From positions 9,969 to 73,968 of the forward strand of contig JBDRZL010000005.1 of the NCBI GenBank assembly GCA_039803925.1: a stretch of 64,000 nucleotides of DNA, in the 5' to 3' direction. The number at the start of each line of letters is the position of its first letter. Within the stretch, counting starts at the first letter, position 1. Both the position numbers and the translations under genes were made by a program. This stretch comes from a candidate division WOR-3 bacterium. Its GTDB lineage: Bacteria > Hydrothermota > Hydrothermia > Hydrothermales > JAJRUZ01. Positions 1 through 9,340 of the stretch are shown piece after piece. Under the pieces are notes generated by a model. That model was given only the letters and a program-made list of their open reading frames with translations. It ran no database searches and was not told the origin of the DNA.

Positions 1-100
1 TTGAAACTTCCTTTTGGTCCATTCCTACTTTTTTTGCAATATCAGAAGGTCTCATTGGTTTTCCCTCTTTTTTTAGAATTTCTAAAATTTTTTCTTCCAT
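1..100 (-). CDS. HTH-type DNA-binding protein, N-terminal 33 aa only (gene runs off the window start)
   Basis: Reverse-strand ATG at 100 preceded by AAGGAGG. Translation MEEKILEILKKEGKPMRPSDIAKKVGMDQKEVS looks like a winged-helix or HTH N-terminus. Confidence 0.45.
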   Translation of the reverse strand, partial: MEEKILEILKKEGKPMRPSDIAKKVGMDQKEVS

Positions 101-162
101 ATTTCCCTCCTTTTAAATAAAGGATTTGAACCTTAAACTGGACTAAATTAGTCCTCTTTTAA

Positions 163-576
163 TTATAAAATTTTTTTATATCTTTTTGCAAGTTTATAAA
201 AATTTTCTTTTTTTAATTTTTTCTCAACATATTTTCTTATCTCAACCCATACGGGATGTACTGAGCATATGTTTGAAAGATTGCAGTACTTTTTTTCTAC
301 GGCGCAGATGTTCATTGCAAGAGATTTTTCAAAAATTAATATAATATCAAGGAGAGAAATTTCCTCTGGTTTCTTTGTTAAAGAATAACCTCCCTTTATA
401 CCTCTTATTGATTTCAATATTCTATTTTTTTTAAGTTTCTGGATTATCTTTGAAAGAAATTCTTTTGGAACAAGTGTTTTTTGTGATATTTCCTTTACAC
501 TATAAATTTTTTTATGATTCTGACTCATATAAAGAATTGTTCTTATCGCATAATCCGTTTCCCTTTTTATTCTCAT
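163..576 (-). CDS. Rrf2 family transcriptional regulator (IscR/NsrR-like, three Cys)
   Basis: N-terminus TDYAIRTILYMS is typical of Rrf2. Three Cys near the C-terminus are spaced as in Fe-S-binding Rrf2 members. The 137-aa length is typical for Rrf2. Confidence 0.7.
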   Translation of the reverse strand: MRIKRETDYAIRTILYMSQNHKKIYSVKEISQKTLVPKEFLSKIIQKLKKNRILKSIRGIKGGYSLTKKPEEISLLDIILIFEKSLAMNICAVEKKYCNLSNICSVHPVWVEIRKYVEKKLKKENFYKLAKRYKKIL

Positions 577-613
577 GTTTGAATTTTTAATTATAAATCA
601 CTATAATTTTTTT

Positions 614-2461
614 ATGAAAATATTTCTTTTTTTATTTTTCCTTTTAAGTTCAAATTATAAAAAAGATGAAGTAGTGGTAATATGTGAAGATGGTTTAAAA
701 ACTGAAGTTTTAAATCTGATTTCTGAAAAGGGTTTTAAAATTTCTTATGTGAGTAAATACCTTCCCTTTTTTGTTGTTAAATTTGATCCAGAAAAGGAAG
801 ATATTGAAAATGTAATAGAAAAATTGAAAAATTTAAAAGGTGTTAAAAGGGTAACAAAAAATGCCATCTTGAGACCTTTTTATATTCCTAATGACCCTTA
901 TTATCCTTATCAGTGGCACTTTAAAAAGATAGGAATGGAAACAGCCTGGAATTTTGGTTTTGGGAGTTCCTCAATTAAGGTTGCTGTGCTTGATGATGGA
1001 TTTGCTTACAGAAATGGTCCTATTCCTCCCTATGAGCAAAATGAGGTTATTAGTTCTGATGGTTATTATCACATAGCACCTGATTTACAGGGAATAAATA
1101 TTTTTGCTCTTTATGATTTTTACCATAATGACCCTTATCCTGACCCATCTTCACCTCATGGCACACATGTTTTGGGAACAATAGCACAGACTACTGATAA
1201 CAATATAGGAGTTGCGGGGATTGCACCTTCTGTATCCATTATTCTTGCTCAGGTTTTAGGTCCTCAGGGTGGAAGTGCTTCACAGATTGCAGAGGGTATT
1301 TCCTTTGGTGTCCAGAATGGTGCAAAAATTATAAATATGAGTCTTGGAGGACCACCGGGAGATTCAACAGGAATGAGTGTTATACATCTTGCTTTAAAAA
1401 ATGCTTACACTCAGGGTGTTTTATTAATAGCAGCTGCAGGCAATAGTTCTGTTTCAAAAATTTCTTATCCTGCTGGTTTTAAGGAATGTATTGCAGTGGG
1501 AGCAACAGATTACAGGGACTCCCTTTCCTATTATTCTCAATACGGTTTTGGTCTTGATATTGTAGCACCAGGAGGGGATTTAACTGTTGATAGAAATAAT
1601 GATCTTTACGCAGATGGAATTTTACAGAATACATGTTACGAATCACAGGGAAAACCTCGTGTTGATTCCTTTGCTTACTTTTTCTTTCAAGGAACATCAA
1701 TGGCTTCCCCTCATGTAGCTGGAATAGCAGCCCTTTGTCTTTCCCTTGACCAATATCTAACAAATCTTGATTTAAGGAGAATTTTGACCGGAACAGCAGT
1801 TGATCTTGGAAAAAAGGGTTATGATACAATTTATGGATTTGGAAGAATTTCTGCTGAAAAGGCAGTTTCCTTTTCTGCCCAAACTCAATACATTGTTTAT
1901 CCAGGAGATGCTGATGCAAATGGAATTGTTAATGAAATGGATGTCTTACCTCTTGGAATTTACTTTGGTTTAACAGGACCTGCAAGGAACCTTGGGGATA
2001 ATTTTTCCCCACAGCCTGCACAGAAATGGATTCCAAGAATGGCTACTTTTGCCGATTGTAACGGTGATGGAGTAATAAATGAACAGGATGTTTTAACAAT
2101 TGGTAAAAATTTTGGTCTAACTCATCCTTTAAATTATTTTGTAAATTCCTTTTCAACTTTTATTCCAGAAATTGAAGAAAAAAGTGATTTCTTTTATTTA
2201 CTTTACAGAGCAAGTAATAATAAAGAAATAAAAAAATTTTTATCTCAACTTTTGAATATTACTTATGAAGAGTCAGATGGTAAAATAGTTATTTTTGAAA
2301 GGAAAATTGAAGCCGATTTAAAGAAAATAAAAATTTTTGATATTTCAGGAAGAAAAATAAATTATAATAATTTTATTCCTTACAATTATAAAGGTATTTT
2401 CTTTATTTTATATAATAAAAAAGATAAAATTGATAAGGAAAAAAGGGTGATTGTAAAATGA
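614..2461 (+). CDS. Secreted subtilisin-like serine protease (S8) with two dockerin-like repeats and a T9SS C-terminal sorting domain
   Basis: Signal peptide MKIFLFLFFLLSS. Asp (VAVLDDGF), His (HGTHVLGT) and Ser (GTSMASPHVAG) catalytic motifs are present. Dockerin type I-like repeats DADANGIVNEMDV and DCNGDGVINEQDV. C-terminal tail DISGRKIN...RVIVK resembles Por_Secre_tail. The start was moved to the ATG at 614. Confidence 0.85.
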   Translation: MKIFLFLFFLLSSNYKKDEVVVICEDGLKTEVLNLISEKGFKISYVSKYLPFFVVKFDPEKEDIENVIEKLKNLKGVKRVTKNAILRPFYIPNDPYYPYQWHFKKIGMETAWNFGFGSSSIKVAVLDDGFAYRNGPIPPYEQNEVISSDGYYHIAPDLQGINIFALYDFYHNDPYPDPSSPHGTHVLGTIAQTTDNNIGVAGIAPSVSIILAQVLGPQGGSASQIAEGISFGVQNGAKIINMSLGGPPGDSTGMSVIHLALKNAYTQGVLLIAAAGNSSVSKISYPAGFKECIAVGATDYRDSLSYYSQYGFGLDIVAPGGDLTVDRNNDLYADGILQNTCYESQGKPRVDSFAYFFFQGTSMASPHVAGIAALCLSLDQYLTNLDLRRILTGTAVDLGKKGYDTIYGFGRISAEKAVSFSAQTQYIVYPGDADANGIVNEMDVLPLGIYFGLTGPARNLGDNFSPQPAQKWIPRMATFADCNGDGVINEQDVLTIGKNFGLTHPLNYFVNSFSTFIPEIEEKSDFFYLLYRASNNKEIKKFLSQLLNITYEESDGKIVIFERKIEADLKKIKIFDISGRKINYNNFIPYNYKGIFFILYNKKDKIDKEKRVIVK

Positions 2462-3177
2462 AAAAGTATATTATAATTTTCTCTTTTTTATTTTTCTTAT
2501 TCTGTAAGAAGGGAGAGCCAGAAGTTATAGTAAAAGTTATAAATTTAAAACCATTTTTTCTTGAGCTTTCCCTTGAAATCAAAAATTTTGATTATGTTGA
2601 TTCTGTAATTATAGTGAGATTCCAGGAACCTTATTCACCCTTGAAATTTTCTCATAGAGGTTTAATAAATAGTTTTAAAGATACTCTTTTAAACCCTGAT
2701 TTTGCCTATAAATATTTGATAAAAGTAAAAGGTTCAAATGTAAAGGAAACAAGTTTAAATGTAAAAACTCCTGTGCCTTCTGATTATATTTTAGTTCCTG
2801 AACCCATCTATCTTGAAACTGATAAAAGTTTTAATCTTTCTCTAAAAATTTATAACTGCAATAAAATTTTTGGTATTTCAGGGAGAATTCTTTTTGAGAA
2901 TTCCTTTTTAAAAGTGGATAGTTTAAAGAAGGGCTCAATATGGAGTCAGGATGATTTATTTTTCAGCACTGTGAAACAAGATACTATATTTTTTGCTGTT
3001 ACAAAAAAGAGGGGTGCTCTTTACTTTTCAGGTTCAGGAAAAGTTTTGAATGTTTATTTCTCAAAAAATAATACGGGGGTGTCAGATATAATTCCCTTAA
3101 AGATAGTTCTTACTGATTCTGATGGCAATTATCTTCCCTTACCAAAAATAAAAAGGGGTAAAATAATAATTAAATAA
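2458..3177 (+). CDS. Lipoprotein with cohesin-like beta-sandwich domain (putative partner of the upstream dockerin)
   Basis: Lipoprotein signal MKKYIIIFSFLFFLFCKK. The C-terminal half (ISGRILFENSFLKVDSLKKGS...GSGKVLNVYFSKNNTGVSDIIPLKIVLTDSDGNYLP) follows the cohesin pattern. The ATGA overlap with the protease stop suggests translational coupling. Confidence 0.4.
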   Translation: MKKYIIIFSFLFFLFCKKGEPEVIVKVINLKPFFLELSLEIKNFDYVDSVIIVRFQEPYSPLKFSHRGLINSFKDTLLNPDFAYKYLIKVKGSNVKETSLNVKTPVPSDYILVPEPIYLETDKSFNLSLKIYNCNKIFGISGRILFENSFLKVDSLKKGSIWSQDDLFFSTVKQDTIFFAVTKKRGALYFSGSGKVLNVYFSKNNTGVSDIIPLKIVLTDSDGNYLPLPKIKRGKIIIK

Positions 3178-3180
3178 AAG

Positions 3181-4371
3181 TTAAGAAAGTAAATTGTAAT
3201 AAATTTCCTCATATTTTTTAAAAATATTTTCAAAATATACTTTTTTTATTTTTTCTTTTATATTTTTTTCCATTTCTTTTATTTTTTCTTTATTTTTTAT
3301 TGCCTTTAAAATTTTCTCTTTTATTTCATGAGTATTGAAAGGATTCTTTATTATAAAACCTTCTTTTTCATTTTCAATTATTTCAGCGCTTCCGCAAAAT
3401 TTTTTATCAGAAACAATACAGGGTGTAAGACTTTTCATGGCTTCAAACACTACTATGGGACAGGGATCATAAAGGCTCGGGAAGATAAAAAAATCTGATG
3501 CTCTATAATAAAATGAGATATTTTTTTTAAATCCTAAGAATTTTATTTTATTTTCCAAGTTTAATTTTTTTACCAGATAAGGATAAGGGGAATTTTTTTC
3601 ATTTCCAATTATTAAAAGAAAAGCTTCATCATTTAAATCTCTAAAGGCTTTAATTAAAAATTCCACCCCCTTTCTGTTTGTTTTTATATCACCTGTAAAT
3701 AGGAAAATTGTTTTATTTTTCAAAGAGGGGTATTCTTTTAAAAGTTCTTCTTTTTCTTTTTCTGATTTAAAGGGAAATTCAGATGGATTAATGCCATTAT
3801 AAATTATTTCAATTTTTGAAGGATTAACTTTTGCGAAATTGATAAGTTCTTTTTTTATTTTTTCAGAAACAGCTATTATTATTTTTGATTTCTTGTAAAT
3901 AATTTTTTCAAGAAAAGAAAAAAAAACATAATTGAAAGAGTCATAAATTTTTCTTATCAAAGGAACTTTAAAAAATTTTAAATATCTTTTGTAAACAGAA
4001 TGAACAAATTGACAGGTATTTATGTGATGATAAGTAAAAATATTTGGACCTGAAACATGAATCAGATCAAATTTTTTTCTATTTCTTAAAACAAAGATTG
4101 TTGAAAAAATAAGAAATATTAATGATTTTAAAAAAATTGGTCTTTCAACAATTCTTTTAATTCTGTGAAATTCTGCTTTTTTTTCTATGATTTCAGGATC
4201 TGCACCGAAACCAAGAAGATGAACCTCATTTCCTTTTTCTAAAAAGTGTAATGCTAAATTGTAAATAAACTTAATTTCACCATTAGAATAGTTATTAAAT
4301 TCATGGGATATAAATAGAATTTTTAATTTTTTTTTGAAATTAAAACTCAAGTCCTCCTTCTCTTGCTCCAT
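3181..4371 (-). CDS. Glycosyltransferase family 4 (GT-B, group 1)
   Basis: C-terminal GT4 signature [28 protein letters not shown] and overall GT-B layout. The start is uncertain (ATG at 4371 or TTG at 4377), and either overlaps the 3' end of rplR. Confidence 0.7.
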   Translation of the reverse strand: MEQEKEDLSFNFKKKLKILFISHEFNNYSNGEIKFIYNLALHFLEKGNEVHLLGFGADPEIIEKKAEFHRIKRIVERPIFLKSLIFLIFSTIFVLRNRKKFDLIHVSGPNIFTYHHINTCQFVHSVYKRYLKFFKVPLIRKIYDSFNYVFFSFLEKIIYKKSKIIIAVSEKIKKELINFAKVNPSKIEIIYNGINPSEFPFKSEKEKEELLKEYPSLKNKTIFLFTGDIKTNRKGVEFLIKAFRDLNDEAFLLIIGNEKNSPYPYLVKKLNLENKIKFLGFKKNISFYYRASDFFIFPSLYDPCPIVVFEAMKSLTPCIVSDKKFCGSAEIIENEKEGFIIKNPFNTHEIKEKILKAIKNKEKIKEMEKNIKEKIKKVYFENIFKKYEEIYYNLLS

Positions 4372-4717
4372 CAGCAAGTGCTTTTACTCTTCCATGGTAT
4401 TTGTAACCGGCTCTATCAAAAACAACTTTTGTAATAGAAAGTTTTTTTGCCTTTTCTGCAATTAATTTACCTACTAAAAAAGCTTTTTTAACTTTACCCT
4501 TAATGTTTTTAATTTCATCTCTTATTTCAGGTGAAAGGTCAGAGGCTCCTGTTAATACTTTTGAGGGTCCAAAAGGTGGATCAATTATAATCTGTGCATA
4601 TATATGTTTTCTTGATTTATAAACACATAATCTTGGTCTTTCAGGTGTCCCAATTACTTTTTTTCTAACTCTTTTATGTCTTCTTTTTCGTCTTAATATT
4701 TTTTCTTTTACATCCAT
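4340..4717 (-). CDS. rplR: 50S ribosomal protein L18
   Basis: [17 protein letters not shown]...[25 protein letters not shown] is the canonical L18. Confidence 0.9.
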   Translation of the reverse strand: MDVKEKILRRKRRHKRVRKKVIGTPERPRLCVYKSRKHIYAQIIIDPPFGPSKVLTGASDLSPEIRDEIKNIKGKVKKAFLVGKLIAEKAKKLSITKVVFDRAGYKYHGRVKALADGAREGGLEF

Positions 4718-5268
4718 TATTTTGCCGCTCCTGCTTTTCCGGGTTTGAGCCTTATTACTTCATCTAAATATCTTATACCTTTACCTTTATAAGGATCCGG
4801 TTCCCTTATTCTTCTGATTTCTGCAGCTACCTGTCCCACTTTCTGCTTATCAATTCCTTCAATTCTTATTTTTATATTTTGTCCTTCTCTTTTTACTTCT
4901 GCTTTGATTCCCTCAGGAATTATATATTTCTTGGGTTCAGCATAACCAACATCAAGTATGAGTTCCTTTCCTTTTAAATCTGCCTTATAACCAGCACCCA
5001 CGACAAGAAGTTCCTTAACGTATCCTTCTGTAACACCTTTAATCATGTTATTTATCAGTGACCTTGTTGTTCCGTGCATTGCCTTAGCAATTTTTTCATC
5101 CTTTTTTCTTTTTACCCTGATCTCTCCATCCTTTATCTCCACTTCAACACTTTCGTGTATAACTTGCTTAAGTTCTCCTTTAGGACCTTTTACTTTTAAT
5201 ATATTACCGGTTAAATTAACCTCAACACCTTTCGGTATTAAAATCGGTTTTTTCCCTATTTTACTCAT
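4717..5268 (-). CDS. rplF: 50S ribosomal protein L6
   Basis: [17 protein letters not shown]... with both L6 alpha/beta repeats. The start was trimmed to the ATG at 5268. Confidence 0.9.
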   Translation of the reverse strand: MSKIGKKPILIPKGVEVNLTGNILKVKGPKGELKQVIHESVEVEIKDGEIRVKRKKDEKIAKAMHGTTRSLINNMIKGVTEGYVKELLVVGAGYKADLKGKELILDVGYAEPKKYIIPEGIKAEVKREGQNIKIRIEGIDKQKVGQVAAEIRRIREPDPYKGKGIRYLDEVIRLKPGKAGAAK

Positions 5269-5269
5269 T

Positions 5270-5665
5270 TTACCATACCTCACATAAAAGTTCACCACCA
5301 ATTTTTAATCTTCTTGCTTCTCTGTCTGTCATTATTCCTTTTGAAGTGGACAAAATTGCAATGCCCATTCCATTATTAACCCAGGGAATATTGTCCTTTT
5401 TTACATAAATTCTCCTTCCAGGTTTTGAAACTCTTTTGACATCAGTAATTAATGGATTACCCTCTTCATCGTATTTCAATTGTATTATTAATTCTTTTTT
5501 AACACCTTCACCCTTAATTTCATAATCATTAATAAATCCTTCCCTTTTCATTAATTCCGCTACCCTTTCAAGTAATTTTGAATAACTCACTCTAACTTTA
5601 TCTTTTTTTCTCATTAGTGCATTTTTAATTCTTATAAGCATATCAGAAATGCTATCATTAACCAT
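5270..5665 (-). CDS. rpsH: 30S ribosomal protein S8
   Basis: DSISDMLIRIKNA...GIAILSTSKGIMTDREARRLKIGGELLCEVW. Confidence 0.9.
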   Translation of the reverse strand: MVNDSISDMLIRIKNALMRKKDKVRVSYSKLLERVAELMKREGFINDYEIKGEGVKKELIIQLKYDEEGNPLITDVKRVSKPGRRIYVKKDNIPWVNNGMGIAILSTSKGIMTDREARRLKIGGELLCEVW

Positions 5666-5666
5666 T

Positions 5667-5855
5667 TTACCAGCTTGCCTTTTTTACACCGGGAATTAAA
5701 CCCTGAACTGCTAATTCTCTGAAGCATATTCTGCAAATACCGAATTTCCGCAGGTATCCTCTTGGTCTTCCACAAATTTTGCATCTGTTTCTGTACCTTA
5801 CTTTAAATTTTGGTTCATACATAAGCCATCGCATAACTTTAGCCTTTCTTGCCAC
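5667..5855 (-). CDS. rpsZ: 30S ribosomal protein S14 type Z (zinc-binding)
   Basis: 61 aa with CKICGRPRG...CRICFRE (CxxC...CxxC) and a KFKVR motif. Confidence 0.9.
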   Translation of the reverse strand: MARKAKVMRWLMYEPKFKVRYRNRCKICGRPRGYLRKFGICRICFRELAVQGLIPGVKKASW

Positions 5856-6408
5856 TTTTTACCTCCTTTTTTCTTTCAAAAGGAAATCCCAGTTCCTCCA
5901 AAAGCCTTAATGCCTCATAGTCAGTTTTTGCTGTTGTTACTATTGCAATATCCATACCGAAATTTACTTTTACCTTATCTATATCTACCTCTGGGAAAAC
6001 TATATATTCCTCAAGCCCAAAATTGTAGTTTCCTCTTCCATCAAATGAATTTCTTTTTAAACCTCTAAAATCTCTTACCCTGGGTAAGGCAAATGTTATT
6101 GTTCTGTCAATGAATTCATAAGCCCTTTTTCCTCTTAATGTTACCTTAACTCCTATGGGCATTCCTTTTCTCAACTTATAGGTTGCAACGTGTTTTTTGG
6201 CTCTTCTTATACTCGGCCATTGTCCTGTAATATTAGCAACTTCCTTCTGAATTATCTCTATTAATTTTGGGTCATTTACTGCTTCACCATATCCTACATT
6301 AACAACTACTTTTTCAATTCTGGGAACTTCAAAGGGATTTTTATATTTGAATTCCTTCATTAGCTTTGGAACCACATTTTTTTTATAATGTTCAAGTAAT
6401 CTTGCCAT
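5839..6408 (-). CDS. rplE: 50S ribosomal protein L5
   Basis: [20 protein letters not shown]...[21 protein letters not shown]. The start was set to the ATG at 6408. Confidence 0.9.
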   Translation of the reverse strand: MARLLEHYKKNVVPKLMKEFKYKNPFEVPRIEKVVVNVGYGEAVNDPKLIEIIQKEVANITGQWPSIRRAKKHVATYKLRKGMPIGVKVTLRGKRAYEFIDRTITFALPRVRDFRGLKRNSFDGRGNYNFGLEEYIVFPEVDIDKVKVNFGMDIAIVTTAKTDYEALRLLEELGFPFERKKEVKSGKKG

Positions 6409-6410
6409 TT

Positions 6411-6731
6411 TCACATCTTATCAATTGTTTCATTACATTTTTTACAGTATCTCACTTTTTTTTCTCCTTCAAACCTAAATCCCACTCTTGTTTTTTTTCC
6501 ACAATTGGGGCATAAAAGTGAGACATTTGATATATGAATGGGTGCAGGCATTTCAACTATACCATGGGGCCTATCAGCACTTATAAACCTTCTATGCCTT
6601 TTTACTATATTTACACCCTCCACTATTACTCTTTCTTTTTCCGGTAAAACCTTAATAACTTTACCAATTTTCCCTCTATCGTCTCCAGATATAACCATAA
6701 CTTGGTCGCCCTTTTTGATCTTCCTTGCCAT
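6411..6731 (-). CDS. rplX: 50S ribosomal protein L24 (KOW domain) with C-terminal CxxC...CxxC zinc-ribbon variant
   Basis: [25 protein letters not shown] is a KOW domain. The C-terminal region [30 protein letters not shown] has four Cys at positions that are non-Cys in the E. coli L24 alignment. Confidence 0.85.
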   Translation of the reverse strand: MARKIKKGDQVMVISGDDRGKIGKVIKVLPEKERVIVEGVNIVKRHRRFISADRPHGIVEMPAPIHISNVSLLCPNCGKKTRVGFRFEGEKKVRYCKKCNETIDKM

Positions 6732-7100
6732 TTACCATACCTCCGGAGCAAGAGAAACAATTTTCATAAATCTCTTTTCCCTTAGTTCTCTTGCTACTGG
6801 ACCAAAGACTCTTGTTCCCTTTGGCTCCCCACTCGGATCAATAATAACTGCTGCATTATCATCAAATCTTATTGTTGAACCATCTTTTCTGTTTATTTCT
6901 TTTTTTGTTCTAACAATTACAACCCAAACCTTTTCACCTTCCTTTATCTGTGAGCCTGTACCTATTTTTTTGACAGTTGCTCTGCATATATCTCCTACAG
7001 TGCCATATTTTCTTGAACTCCCGCCAAGAACTCTAATTACCATTACTTCAAGAGCACCTGTATTGTCAGCAACTTTAAGTCTTGATTGCTGCTGTATCAT
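6732..7100 (-). CDS. rplN: 50S ribosomal protein L14
   Basis: [16 protein letters not shown]...[11 protein letters not shown]. Confidence 0.9.
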   Translation of the reverse strand: MIQQQSRLKVADNTGALEVMVIRVLGGSSRKYGTVGDICRATVKKIGTGSQIKEGEKVWVVIVRTKKEINRKDGSTIRFDDNAAVIIDPSGEPKGTRVFGPVARELREKRFMKIVSLAPEVW

Positions 7101-7375
7101 TTTTCTCCTCCTTCTTCCTCAAATCCTGGTGCCCTTTCAATTATTTCAACAACTCTCCATCTTTTCAATTTTGAAAGCGGTCTTGTTTCCATAATTCTTA
7201 CCTTATCTCCTATTTTACATTCATTTTTTTCATCATGAGCATAGAATTTTTTCCTTTTCTTTATTTCTTTTTTATACAAGGGATGCCTCACCCGTCTTTC
7301 TACAAGCACAACGACGGTTTTATCCATTTTATCAGAAACAACTATACCGGTAAATTCCTTCCTTTTTCCTTTCAT
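7097..7375 (-). CDS. rpsQ: 30S ribosomal protein S17
   Basis: [29 protein letters not shown]...[21 protein letters not shown]. Confidence 0.9.
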   Translation of the reverse strand: MKGKRKEFTGIVVSDKMDKTVVVLVERRVRHPLYKKEIKKRKKFYAHDEKNECKIGDKVRIMETRPLSKLKRWRVVEIIERAPGFEEEGGEK

Positions 7376-7511
7376 GGTTGTTTTAAAAGTTAAATTATAA
7401 GAGTTTATTTTTTAAAATTCAAGTATAAAATTATAACAAAATTTTTTTCAAAAATCAAATTTCTATAATAACTGAGTAATGGGAAAAGGTAAAAATTACC
7501 ATTATTCTATA

Positions 7512-7580
7512 ATTTTATGGTAGTGCGCAAAAATTCACTTATTGAGCCAAAAAAAATCAATATTTTTATGGTATTCTACA
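7512..7580 (+). promoter_or_regulatory. Conserved promoter-like element, copy A: TTGAGC(7542-7547)-N19-TATGGT(7567-7572)-ATTCTACA. Probable promoter of the Tad locus.
   Basis: Near-identical ~50-nt sequence also occurs at 46541-46590 and 47171-47215. It has a sigma70-like -35/-10 layout and sits about 75 nt upstream of the first Tad-locus gene. An upstream companion motif TTTTATGGTAGTGCGCAAAAATTCAC is shared with 46383-46423. Confidence 0.45.
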
Positions 7581-7656
7581 TAACCTTGACTTTTGTAAAA
7601 TTTTTTTTTAAAATTGTAGCTTGAAAATTTTTAATTTAAAATAATAAAATATTAAA

Positions 7657-8043
7657 ATGAAAACGATGAAAACGATCAGATGGGCTTTAATTTTGATTTT
7701 CAGTGGGGGATGCTTCTATTATTCCCCAGAGTCGGATCCTTATAAAATAGAAGTTCCTATTGAAGAAACTATGACTAAACCTGAGCTTCAAAAGGTTTCA
7801 CTTATGTTGGAGGTAATGGATGCAAAAACCATGCAAAATATTCCGGATGTTAAACTGGTTATACTTGGTACCCCTTTACCACCTTATACTCTTGAAAAGG
7901 GAAAGAAAGAATTAATAATTCCTCCTGGAAGATACAGATTTAAATTTTCTGCTAAAAATTATAAAGAGGTAATTAAAGAAATTAATGTTTTTCAAAATAC
8001 ATCACTTACCTTTTATCTTGAAAAAGAAGAGGTGGAAAAATGA
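7657..8043 (+). CDS. Small lipoprotein, first gene of the Tad locus (possible secretin pilotin or accessory)
   Basis: Signal peptide plus lipobox (LIFSGGC). 128 aa. Its stop overlaps the secretin start (ATGA). Confidence 0.5.
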   Translation: MKTMKTIRWALILIFSGGCFYYSPESDPYKIEVPIEETMTKPELQKVSLMLEVMDAKTMQNIPDVKLVILGTPLPPYTLEKGKKELIIPPGRYRFKFSAKNYKEVIKEINVFQNTSLTFYLEKEEVEK

Positions 8044-9338
8044 TTTTAAAACTGTTTATTGTTTCATATCTCGTATTATTTGAGGGATATTCAAAACTTT
8101 TTAAGTTTGTGAGACCCGTTAAAAGTGTTGCTATCGGCAATCCTGATATTTTGGGAATGAGACTCCTTTCTGACCGTGAGGTTTTACTGAATGCTCTGAA
8201 GGAAGGTGTAACAAATATGATTATTTTTACAGATAGAGGAACTCAGGAAATAGAATGTGTAATTAAAAAAAGAGATCCCCTCCAATTTTATAAACCTAAA
8301 ACTTTGAGGACTGATGTTTGGGTTCTTGAAGTGGAAAGAAATGTTAATTCAGATTATGGATGGGACTGGCTAAAGCAACTCGGATTTTCAGAATATAAAA
8401 TTCCAGAAACTTTTCCTCTTGATATTGGACCCATAAAGAGAACAACTAATTTATCAAGTACACTTAATTTTCTTGAGGAAAAGGGTATATTGAAAATTTT
8501 ATCAAATCCATCCCTTGTGGTTCTTGAAGACAAAACCTCAGAATTTCTGAGTGGAGGAGAGATACCTGTGGTTATAGCACAGGCACTTGGAACTGCTACT
8601 ATTGAATGGAAAGAATACGGTGTAAAACTTAAAATTTCAGGTAAACTTGATGATGAAGGTTATATAATATTAAATTTGGAACCAGAAATTTCTGATCTTG
8701 ATTATGCAAATGCTGTTACTTTTCAAGGTTATGTTATACCTGCTATAAGAAAGAATAATGCAAAAGTTGAAGTTAAACTCTTACCAGGTGAGAGTATTCT
8801 GATAGGGGGGTTAAAAAGGAAAAATGTTCAGGAATTTAGAAGTTATTTGCCAATCCTCGGTAAAATTCCTTTACTCGGGAAGCTACTATTTTCAAGGGTT
8901 ACTCGTAATGATGTTATAAAGGATGTGGTTTTTATTGTCACGCCTTATGTATTACCCTATGAAAGAGGAGCAGCACAGATTCATATTTTTAAAGGGACAA
9001 AAACAAAGGAATTTTATATTCCTACAAAAATTATTGATGGTAATACCTATTTTGAACTTTCAGATTTATTTAAAAAAGAACTTGATATATGGTATAAATG
9101 GATAGAGGAAGGAAAGTTAGCTGAAATAAATTTTGGTAAAAGAAAATCTTTTCTTTCAGTTGAAAAGTCAACTCTTGAAATAGATGGGGTTGCTTTTCCG
9201 CTTCAGCCTGAGGTGAAAATTCTTGATAAGGTTTTATTTGTTCCCTTTTCCTTTTTTGAAACAATTGGTTTATCAGGTTTCTGGGACGCTTACACAAATG
9301 ATTTCTATGTTCTTGAAACCTTGAAAGAAAAAGAGTAG
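8040..9338 (+). CDS. cpaC: Tad/Flp pilus secretin (CpaC/RcpA family) with C-terminal copper-amine-oxidase-N-like stalk domain
   Basis: N-terminal pilus-formation domain (VKSVAIGNPDILGMRLLSD...GTQEIECVI). Secretin core ending in LPILGKIPLLGKLLFSR...VVFIVTPYVL. The extra ~120-aa C-terminal domain (STLEIDGVAFPLQPEVKILDKVLFVPFSFFETIGLSGFWDAYTNDFYVLE) resembles Cu_amine_oxidN1. Confidence 0.75.
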   Translation: MILKLFIVSYLVLFEGYSKLFKFVRPVKSVAIGNPDILGMRLLSDREVLLNALKEGVTNMIIFTDRGTQEIECVIKKRDPLQFYKPKTLRTDVWVLEVERNVNSDYGWDWLKQLGFSEYKIPETFPLDIGPIKRTTNLSSTLNFLEEKGILKILSNPSLVVLEDKTSEFLSGGEIPVVIAQALGTATIEWKEYGVKLKISGKLDDEGYIILNLEPEISDLDYANAVTFQGYVIPAIRKNNAKVEVKLLPGESILIGGLKRKNVQEFRSYLPILGKIPLLGKLLFSRVTRNDVIKDVVFIVTPYVLPYERGAAQIHIFKGTKTKEFYIPTKIIDGNTYFELSDLFKKELDIWYKWIEEGKLAEINFGKRKSFLSVEKSTLEIDGVAFPLQPEVKILDKVLFVPFSFFETIGLSGFWDAYTNDFYVLETLKEKE

Positions 9339-9340
9339 TT

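Noticed and set aside
1479-1919. 146-aa ORF on the minus strand
   Set aside because: Lies entirely antisense within the well-supported S8 protease gene, so it is spurious.
6538-7194. 218-aa plus-strand ORF, and likewise 5045-5287
   Set aside because: Antisense to rplX/rplN/rpsQ and rplF. Low-complexity Ser/Leu/Phe-rich translation typical of a reverse-frame artifact.
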